Part shown: one piece after another, positions 56,301 through 64,000 of the stretch
How the letters are laid out: the number at the start of each line of letters is the position of its first letter
How positions within the stretch are numbered: the first letter of the stretch is position 1
From: Bacteroidales bacterium
GTDB taxonomy: Bacteria > Bacteroidota > Bacteroidia > Bacteroidales > UBA10428
Assembly (NCBI GenBank): GCA_965230395.1
Contig: CBDDKV010000002.1
Coordinates: 6,456,926-6,520,925, forward strand
Direction of reading: 5' to 3'
DNA length: 64,000 bases
The notes under the pieces: model-generated
What the model saw: only the letters and a program-made list of their open reading frames with translations
What the model was told of the DNA's origin: nothing
The model's database searches: none
Translations under genes and position numbers: made by a program

Positions 56301-59069
56301 ACTCTCTTTTGCACTACAAATAAGATCATTGATCCCAATACTCTCCCCCTCTTTCTCATCCTGTGCCCAGGAGAACCAGAGTTTATCAGGCGATTGTACG
56401 AGTTGCCACTGGTGCTTCCAGAGTTCTGTTCCTCCTTTGTAGTCCATCAGGTTTTGGGTAGAATGCTCTGCAGCAAGGAATCTCTTATCGCTAAATGTGT
56501 GATAGAGGTTAAATGCCCCGTGTCCTAACTCGTGTGCTACGATGTTATTACCCGGATTATCGTAAATAAAACCTACCTGCCGTTGTAATGGCATATACCC
56601 GGCTATGCTTCGTCCTTTGTATTGCACATCTTCAACAAAAAACAGATAGCAGGCATCTTTCTCAAGTTTTCCGTTTTTATCCTCAAATGCTTTTACTATG
56701 GTTTTCTGATCTTTATTGTAGGTTGAAAATGCTGAACTTTCTCCGTGGGTCATTTTGCCATTCTCAAAAACAACATCCTCAAGGTTATCAACTGACACAA
56801 CTTCCCAACTTGTTACTGCCTGGGCATATACTTTATTGAGGGTCTTTTTAAGTTCGCTTTCTTGCGGCAGTTTTGCCCCATTTACCGGAACGATATAAAC
56901 TTTTTTTGCCTGTTCGTCGAAACTAAAGATATTTAGCTTTCCAACGACTTTCTCGGTTGTATCATTAATTTTCTGGTATGCGTAAAGAGCAACTTCAGAG
57001 CCACCTGAAGCTCCCCTTACGGTAAGGTCTTCTCCGGTTTTAAGTGCCGGTATGCCCATCTCATCTTTAAAGATAATGTTGTCACCATTTTCGGAGACTC
57101 CTACTTTATCTGTCCCAAAGCTGGCAACACTTTTGTAAGCCGGCCTATACCCGTTTTTCAGGGGTGGATATTCCGTATCAAGGGCTGATTTTTCTTCATT
57201 GTACAGATCGAAACCAAACTTCTGTTTGTCCGATGCTTTAAAAGCAACTTCTTTTGTTGATGAAAGGTTTTCGGTTTCCTGCTTTTCTTTATGTTCTTTT
57301 ATCTTTCTGGCATTTCCACCACCTGTTTGTTTATATTCGTTAACGCCCATTACCTGGCCGTCTTTCGTCACAACGTACTCTTCGCCATTTTTACCTTTGA
57401 TCATTGTTTTTTCAATGTCATCGGCATTGTTGTTTATTACTACTTCATGAATCTCACCCTTCTCATCAACGGTAACTGCAATTACAGAATCCCCTCCGTT
57501 TATATAAATAGAAGTAATTTCTTCGTTTACGCTTAAAGTGTCTTTTATCCGGGCATCCAGCGTAAGTGTGTTTACCGAATTGGCCAGGTTATTCAGGTAG
57601 TTTGTAGTGGCGTCAATATCGACCAGAAATTGTGGATCGTAAACACTTTCAAAATCCATGTTTACAATAACATTTTCTTTGTTTACCTGTAGGTCCCAGT
57701 ATTCGCAGATAAACTTCAGGTTCCAGACTTCTGCCCAGAACAGGAATAAGCCTTTATAAACGCCGTTGCCCTGAGGCTCCACAGTTTTAATGATAAACCT
57801 TGTTGTTCCTGTTTTATTTACAATTGTGTCTCCCGGTTTCAGATCTTCATTTAATTCGAAGTTCTCAAGATCAACGTTGGGGATCATGTCATCGCATCCG
57901 CAATCGGGGCAAGAAGCAGTATCAATCAGGGGTTCTGGTTCGGGAATGGAAAGTGTTTTCCAGGGGGTAAAATCACTGGTTGATTCCGGGTCGCCATTAC
58001 AGACTGCCTGTACCCTTAATTCATATGTTGTTCCGTATTCAAGATCGAAAAACTCAACTTTATTTTCAAAAGTCTGGCTTTGTGACACCCAACCTGTTTC
58101 CGGATTCCGGATTTCGGTATTGTACGATGTATGGTTCGACTGCGGCTCCCAATCGAATAGTCCGTTTCTGGCACGGTGTGAAGCAGTGAAGTCGGTAACC
58201 GTATCACATAATGCTTTGTACACAAAGGTGCGGATTTCGCTTTGCCCTTTCTGCTCAAAGGATACAAATCCGGCTATATCCGATGCTGTTACCCGCCATG
58301 CGTATTTCATTCCGGGTTCCATCATAAGTGTTGCCGGGTAAAGCGAATAGAGGGTGTTGTATGTTGTATGTTCGTGAAAAACGGGCATTGATGCTGCAAC
58401 AACCTCTGGAGCAATCCCGTCAATACGCATCTCCCACATTTCAAGTTTGTACTGTATGTTATTTGCCGATACCGGACTTCCTACATTACTGGCCAGCCAT
58501 GAGAATGTTATGGGCATTCCTTTAAACTGTCCTAAATCTGTCTCGTTCTCCGGAATTTTTAATACGGGTGGTTTTCCTACTGCTATCCATGCCGAGGTTG
58601 TTCCTGTATTTGATATTAACCTGTTGGTGTGGGCATGTAGCACTTGTACTGATATTTTATAAAAACCTTCCGGCAGCTGGCCTGTGCGGTTATATGCTTC
58701 TTTCTCGTAACCTTTGAATACCAGGTTTTTTATGTTAAAATAATCCAGCAGATCCTTCCCATACAATATGCTTGTTGAACCTCCGTCGAGGTAGATAGGG
58801 CTTGCGTTTATGGTTGGCGGGTTTTCTATTACAATTCCGGCTGTCTCCATTTTGATTCGGAGTTTTACCGGCAGGTTTGATATGTTCAGGTCGTTTACGG
58901 TAACATTTACCATTAACTTTTGCGATCCGAATTTACTGTAATCGCTCAGGTTAAGTGAATAAGGTGGTGTTAACGTTGGTGTTACGTATATCGGGTAATT
59001 GGTTTGTGCAAATACACCTGTAAGTACTAACTGACAAAAAAGTATTGCTATAATTACTGCTTTCCGCAT
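53349..59069 (-). CDS. TANFOR-type polymorphic toxin: signal peptide, TANFOR-like N-terminus, Fn3, HEXXH zincin-like domain, pre-toxin helix region and PD-(D/E)XK-like C-terminal domain
   Basis: VFA-QTNYPIYVTPTLTPPYSLNLSDY; LPEGFY; LEYGTTYELRVQAVC; AHELGHGAFNLYH (56520-56534); IDLAGLIPIVDNFAD; KIDIEIGGNRPKYVEVKW (53641-53690). Confidence 0.8.
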   Translation of the reverse strand: MRKAVIIAILFCQLVLTGVFAQTNYPIYVTPTLTPPYSLNLSDYSKFGSQKLMVNVTVNDLNISNLPVKLRIKMETAGIVIENPPTINASPIYLDGGSTSILYGKDLLDYFNIKNLVFKGYEKEAYNRTGQLPEGFYKISVQVLHAHTNRLISNTGTTSAWIAVGKPPVLKIPENETDLGQFKGMPITFSWLASNVGSPVSANNIQYKLEMWEMRIDGIAPEVVAASMPVFHEHTTYNTLYSLYPATLMMEPGMKYAWRVTASDIAGFVSFEQKGQSEIRTFVYKALCDTVTDFTASHRARNGLFDWEPQSNHTSYNTEIRNPETGWVSQSQTFENKVEFFDLEYGTTYELRVQAVCNGDPESTSDFTPWKTLSIPEPEPLIDTASCPDCGCDDMIPNVDLENFELNEDLKPGDTIVNKTGTTRFIIKTVEPQGNGVYKGLFLFWAEVWNLKFICEYWDLQVNKENVIVNMDFESVYDPQFLVDIDATTNYLNNLANSVNTLTLDARIKDTLSVNEEITSIYINGGDSVIAVTVDEKGEIHEVVINNNADDIEKTMIKGKNGEEYVVTKDGQVMGVNEYKQTGGGNARKIKEHKEKQETENLSSTKEVAFKASDKQKFGFDLYNEEKSALDTEYPPLKNGYRPAYKSVASFGTDKVGVSENGDNIIFKDEMGIPALKTGEDLTVRGASGGSEVALYAYQKINDTTEKVVGKLNIFSFDEQAKKVYIVPVNGAKLPQESELKKTLNKVYAQAVTSWEVVSVDNLEDVVFENGKMTHGESSAFSTYNKDQKTIVKAFEDKNGKLEKDACYLFFVEDVQYKGRSIAGYMPLQRQVGFIYDNPGNNIVAHELGHGAFNLYHTFSDKRFLAAEHSTQNLMDYKGGTELWKHQWQLVQSPDKLWFSWAQDEKEGESIGINDLICSAKESGVELEGKITCLTPAGIPFTLPDGVTSISFVGINDDIPEGAVTAYFIGKQKYTGIYHRKTKEFHGYSKLINPAEEKINKRYKYTDDKPECVVDNQTATLTDDSDVVLGYIGKCKVELYNIKFKHVKDRLEDGNKTGTGTIDEEKLIFSDEYKSKFGSLKDKAACNIRAKKVFEEKFKPTGFDIKKEVDNEVQKELSNEYINKFAEVLVSAANKYPTAKNDPNLYGDKFYHIINADLLQFENRVENLSLLEHKLQYLKEETGKTIFVIAGYVPFIFDYDNNYSLANDFSTSVYEAASPNLPANFQENTILIVLPFTSVEKYITGVKWQYMMPGIHDASHILKKDFYDGDYKTTYQYIIGAYKWLEKPCRQFVACLNADGTISYDEKDNGNEYGYSYINTVTFYKRPEFDRIRKLNKPDEYIFIASAGGGSTIKNPNYDIEKFEYDIQVINLLEQAKNDPNGWERVTSKIFKEKYITKENVMMFATKQAFVTSGFLEWWNELNIAFGSSDADDPHDNYQDLDKYIYGFSKLSVIDPIIYTIIDLAGLIPIVDNFADVAGLAYSSFRGDIDNITAYSVGLAAVGVGSVVFKYGPELIKVVYKGSVWIFDNSKKFIKVLSKADLYDEAAAGLLKFTDPALLKGKSDLFTKLYKEKKISKDQIKEISKLSDDTDKLKKLDEIIDQTIGSVDEIIASLKNKTPFSGWSTKKWDEFMAGFGNSSQKLHKFDANSGLVDSWDILYRNGRTGSGDLSKALTRNMDAIEALNNLRSNTHRLNLGLTDEILGNIAGHYSPHGYANVLEQLNLLTNFIKKNKGTHLNDFSKIVDQLSKRTTIQKRKGAHGVIKEITENINEYKGKNLTFELDVPNIRQTNRNSKIDIEIGGNRPKYVEVKWMDRKINKDEIIDEFIERDLFNANYLSQISWKQLGNSKLSKSDLINYLSSKKGKDALKPLFNDGKLQSFFPDVKIRNIDDFINKFNDDTLFNSIFK

Positions 59070-59079
59070 CTTTTCTAGT

Positions 59080-59155
59080 TATAAATTATGAGTTATGTGT
59101 TATGAGTTATGAGCTGTTTTTTCACTTATCACTCATAACCCATAACTTATCACTA
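59080..59155. repeat. Two inverted arrays of heptamer repeats
   Basis: TTATAAA TTATGAG TTATGTG TTATGAG TTATGAG ... CTTATCA CTCATAA CCCATAA CTTATCA. Confidence 0.8.
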
Positions 59156-59158
59156 TTT

Positions 59159-62100
59159 TTATTCTATAATCATTTTAATTTGTCGGCGCTCGTCTTTTGC
59201 ATTCAGCATGATAACATAAGCCCCTGAGTTCAATCCTCCAAACTGATAGTCAAACACATACTCCTTCAGTCCGTAATCAAAGCGTTCATCAATGATGTCG
59301 CCATAGCTTACACTGAACAGTACAACCCTGACATCTGCCTCTTCGCGCAATTCAATTTTTAGCTGGAAGTTTCCATCGTTCGGATTTGGCATTACCAGCA
59401 GTGATTTTATAAGCGGTTCCCTGTAACCGATAATTCCGGTTGTATCACCTGAATCGCTGCCCTCAGTTATTTCTACCTGTTTTGAAACTTTGGAAATACA
59501 GCCTCCGGAATATGCCCACAATTCAACATTGTAAATTCCTGTTTGCTTACTTTCCAACTCGAATACATATGAAGGTAGCTCGTTATGTGTTACATCAATA
59601 AAAGCTTCGTTATTGAATATCCACTTCAGGCTGTCAAGTTCAAGGTTCGACAATTCAAAAATTGACATGGTATCTCCAAGATAACTTTCGGATGTCATAA
59701 GAAATTCGGCATCCAGGGCATCGTTTCCAATTGTCAGTCCTATTGAGTCCCACGCAAAGCAACCGATGCTGTTTGTTACCTCAAGGAAGTATTCTCTTTG
59801 ATCGCCAATTTCAACAAACCGTTCATTTGAGATAACTCCGTCGGTAGTTGACCATTTATGGGTTGAGAATTCCTGTCCGTCAATTGTGATTGTATTTCCG
59901 GGACATATCTGTATATCTTCCCCTAAATCAACAATTAGTTTATCCGGTTCATCTATTTCAAATGCCTGGTCAAAACGGCAGTTATGCTTGTCTGTTAATA
60001 TCAGGCTATATGTTCCTTTGTAAAGTGAATCGGCTATATAGGTTGTATCTCCGTTTGTCCATTTGAATTTATACCCTCCGACACCTCCAATGGGCTTGAA
60101 GTCGATAAAGCCGTCGTTATAACCAAAGCAGTGAGCATCTTTTATTCCGGCAACTTCACCCCATAGCGAGTCAGGGTGATCAATTTCGTAACTCCGGCTT
60201 GTAAAGCAATTGTGCTTATCGGTCAGGTAAAGGCTGTAAATTCCCTTCTTAAGTGTATCGGCTACATTTGTAGTATCTCCATTCGACCATTTATACCGGT
60301 AGCCTCCAACTCCGCCTTCTGCCCTGATTTGGATATATCCGTCATTGTATTTAAAGCAATCGGCATCTTTTATTCCGGTAACAACACTGTTTAGGGAGTC
60401 GGGATGATCAATTTCGTAATAATTTGTTGTTGTACAGTTATGGGTGTCGGTTAACAATACGCTATAACGTCCTTTGTAAAGGGTATCGGCAGTATTTGTG
60501 GTATCTCCATTTGACCATTTGAATTTGTACCCGCCAACGCCTCCAAGTGCCTGAACCGTAATGTGGCCATCGTTATATCCATAGCAATCGGCATCTTTGG
60601 AGTCTGTCAATACTGTTGTTACAGAATCGGGCTGACCGATTGCAAACTGGTCGAGTGTTTCGCATTTGTTAGAATCGGTGACCAATACTTCATACTGACC
60701 GATATAAAGTGAATCGGCAGTATTCGTGGTGTCGCCATTTGACCATTTGAACCTGTAATTCCCTACTCCCCCGGTTGCACTTACTTTGATAAATCCGTCG
60801 TTATAACCATAACAGTCAGCATCTTTAGCGCTCTCAAAAATTACTTTTAATGAATCGGGCTGTGTTATTTCGAAGTATGTCGTTGTTGTACAGTTATTCG
60901 TATCGGTAATGGTTGCCGGATATGTTCCTATTGCATATCCCGTTGATGTTGGCCCGGTATCTCCGTTTGACCAAGTAATCTGGTACGGTGCAAATGGCAC
61001 TGCCGGTTCTGCTTTTTTCACGGTTGCCGTTCCGGTATTCCCCCCGAAACACAATACCCTGGTGGTATCGATGTCGGTTATTACAGGGTTGACAGACGGG
61101 TTTATCCGTTGTTCCAGTTTTTGCGGACAGTTATGAACATCCAGAACATTAAGGAAATACAATCCGCTTTGTTCAAGTGCTGATACTGTACTGTCGGTAC
61201 TTAATGTGTTATGGGCTGCATCTCTCCACTGGTAACGATATGGACGTGTCCCCCCCTGCATGGCCACCGTTATTGAGCCGTTATCTGTTTCGCATGTGGT
61301 ATGTGTTACATCGATTTTATTGAACAACAACGAATCGGGCTCCGGCATATAAACGGTTAATGTATCCTGACCAACGCAGTTGTTGCTATCAGTAAATACA
61401 AAGGTGTAATGTCCCTCTGAGAGGTTTCCTGCCGTTGTATCTTTTGTCCAGACATTCGGGGCTGTTTCAAAGGCAAACCTGTATGGTTTTGTACCCCCGT
61501 CAACCGAGAAGTCAATAACTCCGTCTGATGCACTTTTACAGTTTACACTGTCTACAAATTTGGTTTTTGCCCTGAGGTATTCCGGTTCGGTAATGATGAT
61601 TGTCACGCTGTCTTCCACTCCCATTTTATCGGTGAGGTAGAAATAATGTTCCCGCACATCGAGGTTGAGCCAGTTTTTACTGTTTGAATAATATTCTGAG
61701 CGGTCCTGGCGGAACTGGTAATCTCCCCATCCTCCTTCGGCTTCAAGCTTTACATAGGCATCTTCGTAGTCTTTACAGCTTTCGTTACGGAATTCTGTAA
61801 TACTTATCTTTAGTGGTTTTTTCGGTTGTTTTATTTCAATGGTTGCTGTTACAGGGTTGCCATACTTATCGGTTGCTGTAAATTTATATTTTCCGGCCAG
61901 GGCATTGGTTAACACTCCTGCACTTTCAAATGCTTCTGTATCCAAAGACATTGTTGGGGATGCCAGTGATTCCCATTTATAGGTATTGCCTCCTGCTCCT
62001 CCTGAAACATCTACTTTTATGGTTCCGCTGGCTTCTCCAATGCGTTTTGCGTGGTTAACCTGAACGTCGGAAATGTAAAAGCGTTCGTAAGGTTTTATTT

Positions 62101-64000
62101 CAAACTGTACATAGGCTTTTTCGCCTTGTATATTGGTTGCCGACACAAAATACTCTCCACCTGAAAGGTTTTGGAGGTATATTACATCATTTTTGGCTGA
62201 GAAAGTGCTTGTTTTATCCGTAATATTAAATGTACTTCTGACACCATCAGGATCAATCAGTTCTACTTTTTCCAGATTCTTTAGTCCTGATGTTAAATGT
62301 GCATAGCCATTCTTAGCCTCGTAAGAGGTTTCATCTTCTTTTTCAATTATTTTCAATGGGATATCGCTCAGGTCGGGAAGATATACCCTTCGTGACTTGC
62401 TGCACCCTCCTTTCTCGGTTACCGTAAGTTCGTAATGCCCGGACGAGAGCCCGGAAAGTGTTGAAGATGAACCCGGGATACTGCTTCCCTGATACTTTTT
62501 CCATGCATAAGTTAACGGCGATTTTCCACCACTCACATGAGCCTGCACTGCCCCATTTTTACCTCCATCCGTTGTTGGATAAGTTACGCTGAACTTACTT
62601 ATTTCAAGCAACATGCTATCTGTTAGCGATGTTTCAATATTGAAACGGCACTCGTTGCTGTCGGTAAGCATCAGCAAGTGTTCCCCTGCCGGCCTGTTGT
62701 TATAATCAAGTACTTTAGGGAAAGGTATTTTTGTGGTGTCAGTTTCGTTTTCAAATACAAGCTTGTATGGCCGGGTACCGCCGAATACATTTACTGACAG
62801 GCTTCCATTGTCATTACATGTTGGCGCTTCTGAGGCAACCAGCTTTGCTTTCAGGCTGTCTTTTGGTTCGTGAATTATGATGGTATCGGTAAAAATTGCC
62901 CCCATTTTATCGCGCACACTTACCAGGTAACTTCCGGCATAAAGGTTTTCAAAAGTATTAATTGAATAGTACCCTTTATCGGACGCCCTTTTAAATTTGT
63001 AATCGCCCCAGCCGCCAAAGCCTTGTATGCTAAAACTTCCTGTATGTGCCTTACATTTTGCATCGTTTTTACTGACTACTGTAAAACCAAGTTCTTGTGT
63101 AGGCTCGGGAACTGTTATTTTAGGCGTGGTGTAGCTACAACCTTTAAAATCGGTCACTTTTAGTCTGTATTCTCCTGCATACAGGGAATCAAAGCTGTAA
63201 GGGAAGCGGTTCATCATACGGGTTTGATCAATCTCTGTTCCTGATACATTGAGTAACTGCAGGTCTTTTAGTCCATCGTTTCCACCTTGCAGGGTACTTT
63301 GAATAATACCTGTGTTTTTGCCCTTGGTAATTACAGGATGAATATTGTCTACCGTGATTTCCAATTCGGCATCGGGCTGGTTTACAAATACGGGGTATGC
63401 CTTGTTGGAACGGCAGCCTTTAGCATCAAAAGCGTATACTTCGTAATTCCCTGTTTTCAGTTTTTTAAACGTGTTATCTGGTGTATTTAACATTTCGGAA
63501 TGGCCAACATTTGAGCCCTGAATTTCCAGTCGTTTTAAATTTTCTGAATTTCCTTTTGCGGAAATAATTACCTCCCCGTTTGATTCTCCAAAGCACTTTA
63601 CGTCGGTTACTTCCGCCTGAGTTACTTCCGGATTCTTATATTCATTCAGTACAATATTCTGGTTAGTTGTACACTCTTCGTTATCCCGCACCGTAAGGAC
63701 GTATGAGCCATGTTTAAGTTTGTCCCCTAAATTTGTTATTGTATTGGAATTAAGGTTTCCATAAGGTTTGAATACCGAATTATCGCGTTTCCATTCGTAC
63801 CTGTACAAACCGTTTCCTCCCTGTACTTCAACTGCTATTGCTCCGTTTTCCAGCTCGCATGTTGGTTGCATTACATGAGAGTCTTTTATTTCTAATCTTT
63901 TGGGTTCTGTAATTTTAGTCTCACCTACCTTTACCCCGTCACATTGATGGTTGCCATCGCGCAGGTAAATGTTATAGTTCCCGGGCCTTAAGCCCTCCAT
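59159..64000 (-). CDS. Large SprB-repeat adhesin-like T9SS cargo with type-A C-terminal sorting domain (5' end beyond the window)
   Basis: Many C-x-G-x-x-DG-x-I...GG-x-x-PY-x-Y-x-W...G-x-Y-x-x-x-VTD-x-N-x-C repeats; CTD LLVMPNPNDGNF...LNSGAYVIML...KMIIE. The frame is open to the window edge. Confidence 0.92.
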   Translation of the reverse strand: MEGLRPGNYNIYLRDGNHQCDGVKVGETKITEPKRLEIKDSHVMQPTCELENGAIAVEVQGGNGLYRYEWKRDNSVFKPYGNLNSNTITNLGDKLKHGSYVLTVRDNEECTTNQNIVLNEYKNPEVTQAEVTDVKCFGESNGEVIISAKGNSENLKRLEIQGSNVGHSEMLNTPDNTFKKLKTGNYEVYAFDAKGCRSNKAYPVFVNQPDAELEITVDNIHPVITKGKNTGIIQSTLQGGNDGLKDLQLLNVSGTEIDQTRMMNRFPYSFDSLYAGEYRLKVTDFKGCSYTTPKITVPEPTQELGFTVVSKNDAKCKAHTGSFSIQGFGGWGDYKFKRASDKGYYSINTFENLYAGSYLVSVRDKMGAIFTDTIIIHEPKDSLKAKLVASEAPTCNDNGSLSVNVFGGTRPYKLVFENETDTTKIPFPKVLDYNNRPAGEHLLMLTDSNECRFNIETSLTDSMLLEISKFSVTYPTTDGGKNGAVQAHVSGGKSPLTYAWKKYQGSSIPGSSSTLSGLSSGHYELTVTEKGGCSKSRRVYLPDLSDIPLKIIEKEDETSYEAKNGYAHLTSGLKNLEKVELIDPDGVRSTFNITDKTSTFSAKNDVIYLQNLSGGEYFVSATNIQGEKAYVQFEIKPYERFYISDVQVNHAKRIGEASGTIKVDVSGGAGGNTYKWESLASPTMSLDTEAFESAGVLTNALAGKYKFTATDKYGNPVTATIEIKQPKKPLKISITEFRNESCKDYEDAYVKLEAEGGWGDYQFRQDRSEYYSNSKNWLNLDVREHYFYLTDKMGVEDSVTIIITEPEYLRAKTKFVDSVNCKSASDGVIDFSVDGGTKPYRFAFETAPNVWTKDTTAGNLSEGHYTFVFTDSNNCVGQDTLTVYMPEPDSLLFNKIDVTHTTCETDNGSITVAMQGGTRPYRYQWRDAAHNTLSTDSTVSALEQSGLYFLNVLDVHNCPQKLEQRINPSVNPVITDIDTTRVLCFGGNTGTATVKKAEPAVPFAPYQITWSNGDTGPTSTGYAIGTYPATITDTNNCTTTTYFEITQPDSLKVIFESAKDADCYGYNDGFIKVSATGGVGNYRFKWSNGDTTNTADSLYIGQYEVLVTDSNKCETLDQFAIGQPDSVTTVLTDSKDADCYGYNDGHITVQALGGVGGYKFKWSNGDTTNTADTLYKGRYSVLLTDTHNCTTTNYYEIDHPDSLNSVVTGIKDADCFKYNDGYIQIRAEGGVGGYRYKWSNGDTTNVADTLKKGIYSLYLTDKHNCFTSRSYEIDHPDSLWGEVAGIKDAHCFGYNDGFIDFKPIGGVGGYKFKWTNGDTTYIADSLYKGTYSLILTDKHNCRFDQAFEIDEPDKLIVDLGEDIQICPGNTITIDGQEFSTHKWSTTDGVISNERFVEIGDQREYFLEVTNSIGCFAWDSIGLTIGNDALDAEFLMTSESYLGDTMSIFELSNLELDSLKWIFNNEAFIDVTHNELPSYVFELESKQTGIYNVELWAYSGGCISKVSKQVEITEGSDSGDTTGIIGYREPLIKSLLVMPNPNDGNFQLKIELREEADVRVVLFSVSYGDIIDERFDYGLKEYVFDYQFGGLNSGAYVIMLNAKDERRQIKMIIE
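59951..60862 (-). repeat. Four tandem 76-aa (228-bp) highly similar SprB-type repeats
   Basis: Units start (Q/H)PDS and share KDAxCxxYNDG, GGVGxYxxKWxNGDTT and ADxL. Confidence 0.9.

Noticed and set aside
57790..58341. 183-aa antisense ORF inside the TANFOR-type gene
   Set aside because: Shadow of the coding strand with no independent signals.

Overview
AT-rich Bacteroidota chromosomal segment, most like a non-gut Bacteroidales/Marinilabiliales-type organism (TAnnTTTG promoters, T9SS cargo, IleRS2, DUF4296/DUF4251 genes, plus a chemoreceptor). It has three parts. (1) About 1-11.1 kb is a decayed accessory island abutting the 3' end of a tRNA-Ile2(CAT) gene. It carries a recombinase tail remnant, a Fic gene start with a perfect 24-bp operator-like palindrome, a two-gene DUF2335 cassette between 224-bp nested direct repeats, a porin + MCP pair, a GH76 and a truncated GH92. 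(2) About 11.2-44 kb is mostly core metabolism and signalling: mtnP-like/aldolase/mtnA, a histidine kinase, radC, lpxK, punA, an MggS-like glycosyltransferase, ispG, a ROK kinase, and lspA-dksA-ileS. (3) About 44-64 kb is accessory. It holds a pair of FabH-like genes (one with an intact Cys-His-Asn triad, one with all three residues lost) around a small STAS-like gene. It also holds a five-gene minus-strand locus: SprB-repeat T9SS cargo, a TANFOR/Fn3/HEXXH protein with an AT-rich PD-(D/E)XK-like C-terminal toxin, an overlapping beta-propeller candidate immunity gene, a multi-Fn3 protein and an outer-membrane barrel. All calls come from motif recognition by eye; no database searches were run.
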